IMG/VR virus record: IMGVR_UViG_3300035212_000241
Span: 1-63,594 of that record
Source: a virus
Lineage: Duplodnaviria; Caudoviricetes
Length of the DNA stretch: 63,594 bases
Direction: 5' to 3' (one strand)
The notes under the pieces were generated by a model, which saw nothing but the letters and a program-made list of their open reading frames with translations, did not search any database and was not told where the DNA came from. The position numbers and the translations under genes are program-made. Of this stretch, positions 57,457 to 63,594 are shown one piece after another; the first letter of the stretch is position 1; each line of letters opens with the position of its first letter.

Positions 57457-57744
57457 ATGTTTTTGCAAGTACCCCAAGACATAAGCTATCTTACAAATTA
57501 CGGAATCTTAGGACTATTCGCCATACTGATGATCGGCATCATCTACTTCATGGGCAAGCAGTTCTTTATATGGCACCGAAAGAACGAGACAAGAATAGTT
57601 GACCTAGAGAAAAGGCTTGAGAATTATCTCGTTGAAGACAGAACAACCTTGATGGAAACACTTAGCTCGAATAACCATGTTATCGAGAACAATACAGCAC
57701 TAATGAAAAAGCTATTGAATCTAGTCGAAAAATTAGAAAAATGA
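57457..57744 (+). CDS. Holin-like single-TM protein
   Basis: YGILGLFAILMIGIIYF TM plus coiled coil, directly before the endolysin. Confidence 0.6.
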   Translation: MFLQVPQDISYLTNYGILGLFAILMIGIIYFMGKQFFIWHRKNETRIVDLEKRLENYLVEDRTTLMETLSSNNHVIENNTALMKKLLNLVEKLEK

Positions 57745-58367
57745 AAGGATTCCAACAGATACTCAAAGATAGAGGATACTACCAAGGCAATATCGATGGC
57801 ATAGTAGGACCATTGACACTCGGAGGAGCAAAGCAATGGATTGATGCAGAGATGGATCAAAGAGGATGGGTGAAGCCTGTAACTGATTTTGTTTGGATTA
57901 GAACAGACCAGAGCTTCGATAATAAGTTTGCAGACTACGTTGTGAGATTCAATAACCGCGTAGCCGATATGATTATGTCATGCTCAACTACTCCTGGAGA
58001 TTACATCGTGTTCAATCCGCTAACAGTTGGTGGCATAACAGGTAGTGCGGTTGCCTGCGAGCAGCAAGTAATCGGAAGTCATAAGTTTGTTACTGCTCCT
58101 GATTGGAAACATCTGTGGTTGAATGCTCCGTACTTTTTTCAAGCTGGTGCAATTGAAATTTGGAGGGATGCCAACAAAGACCGAAAGCTTGATAAAAATG
58201 TTAAAACCAAAGGTTGGTACGGCATCAACTTTCACCGTGGCGGCATAGGCCATGCAGTAGATACCTGGTCAGCAGGATGTCTAGTTGTTCCCGACAAGAT
58301 TTGGTACCAAGCTATCAAGATATTCAAACCTAATCAACTCATCAACTTTACCCTAATTGAACTATGA
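57741..58367 (+). CDS. Endolysin: PG-binding motif plus L,D-transpeptidase-like catalytic domain
   Basis: IDGIVGPLT; GINFHRG...WSAGC His/Cys motif. Confidence 0.75.
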   Translation: MKGFQQILKDRGYYQGNIDGIVGPLTLGGAKQWIDAEMDQRGWVKPVTDFVWIRTDQSFDNKFADYVVRFNNRVADMIMSCSTTPGDYIVFNPLTVGGITGSAVACEQQVIGSHKFVTAPDWKHLWLNAPYFFQAGAIEIWRDANKDRKLDKNVKTKGWYGINFHRGGIGHAVDTWSAGCLVVPDKIWYQAIKIFKPNQLINFTLIEL

Positions 58368-58816
58368 GAAAAAAATTCAAAGACACAAAAGTCGGTAAGT
58401 TCTTAGCCGAGAAAGCTCCAAAGATTTTACAGACAGTAGGCGACATACTGCCTGACAGGGGCGCATTAGGCATTGTAAAGAACTTAATCAATTTAGCCGA
58501 TGACATATCCCCTGAGGATAAAGAAATGCTCTCACAAGAGATTTTAAAGCTTGAGGAGCTTGAGCTGAAGGATAGAGACTCTGCAAGAAACAGAGAGATA
58601 GAGATAGCAAAAATTCATAAGTATGACTTTCTGTTCTACCTTACAGGACTAACAGGGCTTGCTGCATTCTGCTTTATGATTTATGCAATAGTGTACTTAT
58701 CAATACCGGTTGACAACAAAGAGGTATGGATTCACCTAATCGGCATTACAGAGGGTATTGTAATTTCAATATTTGGCTATTACTTTGGCAGCTCAATAAG
58801 AAGAAATCAAAATTAA
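58364..58816 (+). CDS. Holin-like membrane protein
   Basis: DRDSARNREI, two TMs, YYFGSS terminus. Confidence 0.7.
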   Translation: MRKKFKDTKVGKFLAEKAPKILQTVGDILPDRGALGIVKNLINLADDISPEDKEMLSQEILKLEELELKDRDSARNREIEIAKIHKYDFLFYLTGLTGLAAFCFMIYAIVYLSIPVDNKEVWIHLIGITEGIVISIFGYYFGSSIRRNQN

Positions 58817-58854
58817 ATGTTTATATTTGCTACTTAAATTAAATCTAATCAATT

Positions 58855-59082
58855 ATGACTTACGTTTCAAAAGAAGAACTAGAAAAAATCCAAGGCATGA
58901 ATGCCGAATTTTCAAAAGCGAAAATGGCACTCGGAGAATTAGAACTCAACAAGCAGGGAATCCTAAATCAGATAAATGCAATGCGTCAAGAGTTTTTTGA
59001 GTACGAGAAAATGCTGATAGGAAAATACGGTCAAGACTCAGTAATAAATTTACAAACAGGAGAAGTAACACAAAAACAATAA
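58855..59082 (+). CDS. Small coiled-coil protein
   Basis: 75 aa; KYG...INLQTGE; TATATTTG box at 58822. Confidence 0.65.
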   Translation: MTYVSKEELEKIQGMNAEFSKAKMALGELELNKQGILNQINAMRQEFFEYEKMLIGKYGQDSVINLQTGEVTQKQ

Positions 59083-59083
59083 A

Positions 59084-60205
59084 ATGGCTAAAATAAGTAC
59101 ATACCCATTCCCTTCGTCACCGACATTGTCAGATAAACTTATCGGCACTGACCTTAACGATATGCTTATGACTAAAAACTTTACCATAAGTGACATTATA
59201 TCTGTCGCTGGGTCAAGTACTTATGTGCCATATACCGGAGCTACAACTCAATTAAACTTAGGGCCACATGATTTAATAGCTGCAAATATCGTTAGAGCAG
59301 GTGGCTTATCTACTGAGTTCCTAAAAGCTGATGGGTCTGTAGATAATAATACTTATATTACAACAGGTGCATTAACAGCATATGTTCCATATATAGGAGC
59401 AACAGGTCCTGTTGACTTAGGCATACATAAACTAACGTCACAGTCACTTGAAGTTACTACAGATGATGTTATCATGGAGGGCATACAAGCATACTCAGGC
59501 AACTTCTTCCAAATTGGAGACAATGGATGGTTGATGTCAGGCTTTATTGTTGACTTTGCTAATAATGAATATTCACTTGGAGACTGGGGCAATGCTGTTA
59601 ACGGAACTTATATCAAAGTTGACGATGCCAACAGCAGAGTAGAGATAAGCAAAGCTATCTACACCAATGGTAGTGAAGGAGCTATTGGCGATGTATTAGT
59701 TAGTCAAGGCGCAGGATTCCCTGCACAGTGGACATCTCCAGCAGCCCCTGCATACGGCTCATTCTACGACATGAATAGCTATTCTACTTTAGGGTCAGTT
59801 GAGGAATTTATGGAGTTTGGATTATCAGCAGGTTCTTCAGATGTAAGTATTGTGAACAATGGCTTAGGTAATCCAACACAGATAACTGTAGCTCAAACAG
59901 GAGTTTATAATATTCAGTTCTCTGCACAGCTTACTAAAACAGGTGGGTCAGTAGGAGATGTAAATATATACTTTAAGAAGAACGGAGTTAATGTAGGTGG
60001 GTCAAATACAATAGTGACATTAGCGAATAATAATCACTATGTTGTCGCAGCCTGGAATATATTTATCCAACTCAATGCAGGGCAGTATGTAGAGATTGTT
60101 TGGTACACAACAAATGCCAATGTACAGCTTGTATCTGTTCCAGTGGCAGTACCTCCAGTAGATACTGTACCGTCAGTAATATTAACAGTCAATAAAGTAG
60201 GTTAA
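59084..60205 (+). CDS. Fibre/structural protein with C1q/BclA-like C-terminus
   Basis: MAKISTYP, YVPYTGAT repeats, GVYNIQFSAQL...PSVILTV. Confidence 0.6.
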   Translation: MAKISTYPFPSSPTLSDKLIGTDLNDMLMTKNFTISDIISVAGSSTYVPYTGATTQLNLGPHDLIAANIVRAGGLSTEFLKADGSVDNNTYITTGALTAYVPYIGATGPVDLGIHKLTSQSLEVTTDDVIMEGIQAYSGNFFQIGDNGWLMSGFIVDFANNEYSLGDWGNAVNGTYIKVDDANSRVEISKAIYTNGSEGAIGDVLVSQGAGFPAQWTSPAAPAYGSFYDMNSYSTLGSVEEFMEFGLSAGSSDVSIVNNGLGNPTQITVAQTGVYNIQFSAQLTKTGGSVGDVNIYFKKNGVNVGGSNTIVTLANNNHYVVAAWNIFIQLNAGQYVEIVWYTTNANVQLVSVPVAVPPVDTVPSVILTVNKVG

Positions 60206-60432
60206 TGGACATAAGGAAGATATCGATAGGTCCCGATTACAAATCTGGTGCAATCCATTATATCGTTGGGCAGAAAGTGCTTGGCGATAGTAATGAGATT
60301 CATCTTATTAAGAGGGACCATATCAGCTCTTCTATCAAGATATACATAATCAACAAGAAGGGCGAGATAGTCCTTTGGAAAGAATTTAATCAAACGATTC
60401 CAACTTCAATCGAATTTAATATAGATTTTTAA
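60205..60432 (+). CDS. Conserved phage protein
   Basis: IRKISIGPDYK...WKEFN...IEFNIDF. Confidence 0.65.
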   Translation: MDIRKISIGPDYKSGAIHYIVGQKVLGDSNEIHLIKRDHISSSIKIYIINKKGEIVLWKEFNQTIPTSIEFNIDF

Positions 60433-60995
60433 TGAAATCACCGACTCAATTTATAGTGAAACCTGTAAATGGAAGTCGATATAACAACACAAAGCTAATA
60501 GCCGGTATAGAGTTCATTGTAAATACCTCTGAAGAGGATTACAGGTTCTCAAACCGCCATGCTGAAGTTATAGAGACACCATTAAATTACAAGGGGCCAA
60601 TTAAGAATGGGGATACTTTAATAGTTCACCACAACGTCTTCAAGTTCTATAACGATGTAAAAGGAAGACGTAAAAGCGGCAAGAGCTTCTTTAAAGACGA
60701 CCTGTTCTTCATTGATGAGGAGCAGTTTTTTTTATACAAAAGTGAAGGCAAGTGGAATGCCTATGACAAGTATTGCTTCGTCAAGCCACTGCCTGCAACT
60801 GAGAGCTATATAAAGAAACCGTTCAGTTTAGAGCCATTGATGGGGACGATGATGTACCCTAATGAATATTTAAGAAGTAAGGGTGTCAACGAAGGTGACA
60901 TAGTCTGCTTCGCTCCAAATGGGGAGTACGAATTTGACATTGATGGTGAAAAGCTATATAGGATGTTCGATCATTTCGTAACAATGAAGCTATGA
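60432..60995 (+). CDS. Tandem GroES-like protein
   Basis: Two units: FIVKP...AEVIETP...KNGDTLIV and CFVKP...GVNEGDIVCF...EFDIDGEKL. Confidence 0.55.
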   Translation: MKSPTQFIVKPVNGSRYNNTKLIAGIEFIVNTSEEDYRFSNRHAEVIETPLNYKGPIKNGDTLIVHHNVFKFYNDVKGRRKSGKSFFKDDLFFIDEEQFFLYKSEGKWNAYDKYCFVKPLPATESYIKKPFSLEPLMGTMMYPNEYLRSKGVNEGDIVCFAPNGEYEFDIDGEKLYRMFDHFVTMKL

Positions 60996-61273
60996 GCAAC
61001 AGGGAAATAAAACTGAAAATAATAGCAGCCGGTCATCGAGCCATTGAGGAGTTGGTAAAGATTGCTCAAGAGCCTATCTTGGGAAGCGGAGATGATGGTG
61101 ACATCGCAGCAGATAAGCTAAAGAACGCTGCCGCAACCAAGCGACTCGCAATATTTGACGCATTTGAGATACTCAACAAGATTGAGTCAGAAAGGGAAGC
61201 CCTTGACTTTGCAGACAGGGGGATTACTAAAGCAGAATCAAAACAAGGCTTTGCGGAAAGGAGAAGTAAATAA
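60992..61273 (+). CDS. Putative terminase small subunit
   Basis: 93 aa helical protein overlapping the TerL start. Confidence 0.45.
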   Translation: MSNREIKLKIIAAGHRAIEELVKIAQEPILGSGDDGDIAADKLKNAAATKRLAIFDAFEILNKIESEREALDFADRGITKAESKQGFAERRSK

Positions 61274-63500
61274 AGACCTCTACTATGTAGTTGAGGACTT
61301 AATACCAAAGCAATCTATCAGCAATAAGAGTAGAGTGCGCTCATGGGCATACGGCTATAATGAGCAGTATGACGTAGTAGTCATATCAAAATCTGGGCAG
61401 ATAGGACAAATTATAAACATCGCAGGCGTAAACATCGCGCTACCTCCAGTACCCGACAAGGCGTACAAGAGAAGCGATACCAAGGCTGAGCAATATTGGG
61501 AGCGAGTACCGGTACCAAAAGAACTTGAGAAGATACCCTCAATATTTACCTGGAACGAGAAGCCTTTAGAGTTCAAAAACAAATGGGTTGACTATATTGA
61601 AAATGAGTTCGACTATAGAGAACAAGGCTTTTGGTTCTACAATAATGGCAAGCCATGTTACATCACAGGGTCTCATTATATGTACCTACAATGGTCAAGC
61701 ATTGACGTAGGCTATCCTGACTTCCGTGAAGCAAACAGAATCTTCTTCCTCTTTTGGGAAGCTTGCAAGGCAGACCCAAGATGCTTTGGGATGATATACC
61801 TAAAGATAAGACGCTCAGGTTTCTCATTTATGTCATCCGCAGAATGTGTCAACATAGGAACACTTGCAAAGGATGCGCGTCTCGGAATCTTGTCAAAGAC
61901 CGGTTCCGATGCCAAGAAGATGTTCACAGATAAAGTAGTGCCTATTAACAGTAAGTTGCCGTTCTTCTTCAAGCCTATTATGGATGGTATGGACAAGCCA
62001 AAGACAGAGCTTGGATTCCGCGTACCAGCATCAAAGATTACCAAGAAGAATATGCATGAGATTGGTGAAAACGACATAGTAGGATTGGACACAAGTATTG
62101 ACTGGAAGAATACTGAGGACAACTCTTATGATGGTGAGAAGCTGCTATTCCTGGCGCATGATGAGAGTGGCAAATGGATTAAGCCAAATAACATTCTCAA
62201 CAATTGGCGCGTAACAAAAACCTGCTTGCGATTAGGTAGTAAGATTATCGGTAAATGCATGATGGGGTCAACCTCAAATGCACTTAATAAAGGTGGGGAG
62301 AATTTCAAAACGCTATACTACGACTCAGATGCAACAGTAAGAAACGCTAACGGACAGACAAAGAGTGGGATGTACGGACTATTTATTCCTATGGAGTGGA
62401 ACATGGAGGGCTTTATTGACCGATATGGGTATCCAGTATTCAGAAAGCCGGAGGAGCCAATAGAAGGAGTAGATGGTGGTATCATCAAAAATGGAGCGAT
62501 TGACTATTGGGAGAATGAGGTAGACTCGCTAAAAAATGATGCAGATGCACTCAATGAGTTCTACAGACAGTTTCCAAGAACAGAGTCACACGCATTCAGA
62601 GACGAGAGTAAGCAGGCGCTATTCAACCTTACAAAGATATATCAGCAAATTGATTACAATGAGTCATTGGTAATAGGGCAGCACATAACAAGAGGCTCCT
62701 TCTCATGGAAAGATGGGATAAAGGACACAAAAGTTATATGGACACCAAATAGAAGTGGCAGATTTGCCATCAGTTGGTTTCCTCCTGCGCACTACATAAA
62801 TAATGTGTATGTCAAGAATGGCATCAATTTTCCAGGGAATGAGCATCTTGGCTCCTTCGGATGTGACCCATACGACATATCAGCAGTAGTAGGAGGCAGA
62901 GGGTCCTGTGGATCGCTTCACGGAATGACAAAGTTTCACATGGATGATGCACCAACCAATGAGTTCTTTTTAGAATATGTAGCAAGACCACAAACCGCAG
63001 AGATATTTTTTGAAGAAATACTAATGGCTTGTGTTTTCTATGGTATGCCAATACTTATAGAGAATAACAAACCACGATTACTATACCATTTTAAAAACAG
63101 GGGATATAGAGGATTTTGTATGAATCGACCCGACAAACAATTTAATAAGCTCACTAAAACTGAGCGTGAACTTGGTGGCATACCTAACTCATCAGAGGAT
63201 GTCAAGCAGTCACACGCAGCAGCTATTGAGTCATATATTGAGAAGTATGTCGGATTTGACCTTACAGGAACATATAGAGACCCTGACGTGATTGGCAGTA
63301 TGCCTTTCATCAGAACACTTGAGGATTGGGCAAAGTTTGATATAAATGACAGAACGAGATTTGACGCAACGATTAGTTCCGGACTGGCTATAATGGCAAA
63401 TCAAAAGCACCTTTATATGCCTGAAAAGAAAGAATCAAAAATTATTATTAACTTTGCTAAATATTCAAACGATGGATTAACAAGTCAACTAATGAAATGA
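61251..63500 (+). CDS. terL: Terminase large subunit
   Basis: KIRRSGFS Walker A, HDESGK Walker B, GSTSN, GCDPYD nuclease motif, FDATISSG; likely TTG start at 61251 (track start 61155). Confidence 0.9.
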   Translation: MRKGEVNKDLYYVVEDLIPKQSISNKSRVRSWAYGYNEQYDVVVISKSGQIGQIINIAGVNIALPPVPDKAYKRSDTKAEQYWERVPVPKELEKIPSIFTWNEKPLEFKNKWVDYIENEFDYREQGFWFYNNGKPCYITGSHYMYLQWSSIDVGYPDFREANRIFFLFWEACKADPRCFGMIYLKIRRSGFSFMSSAECVNIGTLAKDARLGILSKTGSDAKKMFTDKVVPINSKLPFFFKPIMDGMDKPKTELGFRVPASKITKKNMHEIGENDIVGLDTSIDWKNTEDNSYDGEKLLFLAHDESGKWIKPNNILNNWRVTKTCLRLGSKIIGKCMMGSTSNALNKGGENFKTLYYDSDATVRNANGQTKSGMYGLFIPMEWNMEGFIDRYGYPVFRKPEEPIEGVDGGIIKNGAIDYWENEVDSLKNDADALNEFYRQFPRTESHAFRDESKQALFNLTKIYQQIDYNESLVIGQHITRGSFSWKDGIKDTKVIWTPNRSGRFAISWFPPAHYINNVYVKNGINFPGNEHLGSFGCDPYDISAVVGGRGSCGSLHGMTKFHMDDAPTNEFFLEYVARPQTAEIFFEEILMACVFYGMPILIENNKPRLLYHFKNRGYRGFCMNRPDKQFNKLTKTERELGGIPNSSEDVKQSHAAAIESYIEKYVGFDLTGTYRDPDVIGSMPFIRTLEDWAKFDINDRTRFDATISSGLAIMANQKHLYMPEKKESKIIINFAKYSNDGLTSQLMK

Positions 63501-63594
63501 AAGATATAATAATTGATATTCAGTACACAAACTTCCCTAACCAATGGGCAACAGATAAAGAGAAAGCATCTGAAGGCTATGGTTTGCAAGTAGG
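63472..63594 (+). repeat. Terminal direct repeat, right copy
   Basis: Matches 1-123 with one mismatch. Confidence 0.97.

Larger units (their letters stand above)
1..63594. mobile_element. Complete circular(ly permuted) podovirus-like Caudoviricetes genome, probable Bacteroidota (Flavobacteria-like) host, apparently lytic
   Basis: Terminal overlap; TerL-portal-scaffold-MCP-tail-ejection gene order; no integrase or host genes; Bacteroidota-type TAnnTTTG promoters. Confidence 0.93.

Noticed and set aside
1-63594. Stop-codon reassignment
   Set aside because: Standard-code ORFs tile the genome densely, and TAA, TAG and TGA all end genes at sensible positions.

Overview
This window is essentially one complete circular dsDNA tailed-phage genome. 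Bases 1-123 recur at 63472-63594 with one synonymous mismatch, giving a unit length of about 63,471 bp. The host is very probably Bacteroidota, based on many TAnnTTTG -7 promoter boxes, A-rich start regions without Shine-Dalgarno sites, and a Q-rule signal peptide. The + strand (48264 through the join to 29631) carries GroEL, GroES, a catalytic-core-only class IIb aminoacyl-tRNA synthetase paralogue, lysis genes, fibres, terminase, portal, capsid and a podovirus-type tail. It ends with ejection proteins, including a 3463-aa polyvalent protein (zincins, kinase, LPD23). The - strand (46963 to 29608) carries small early genes, a Sak/RecE-like recombination pair, SSB, primase-helicase, a C5 methyltransferase, a SNF2 helicase, a PAPS-reductase-like protein and nucleases. 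I saw no DNA polymerase, RNA polymerase or integrase. The most notable hand-read signals are non-coding elements on the - strand: a canonical type II hammerhead ribozyme, two tRNA-shaped RNAs whose anticodon loop is replaced by a long insert, two further structured RNAs and a small pseudoknot. The anticodon-less tRNAs co-occur with a synthetase paralogue lacking an anticodon-binding domain. Other highlights are repeat-delimited cassettes in the giant protein, a DfrB/R67-like SH3 protein, an SSB-tail-mimic peptide and a duplicated origin-like element. Protein family names are recalled resemblances and were not verified by any search.
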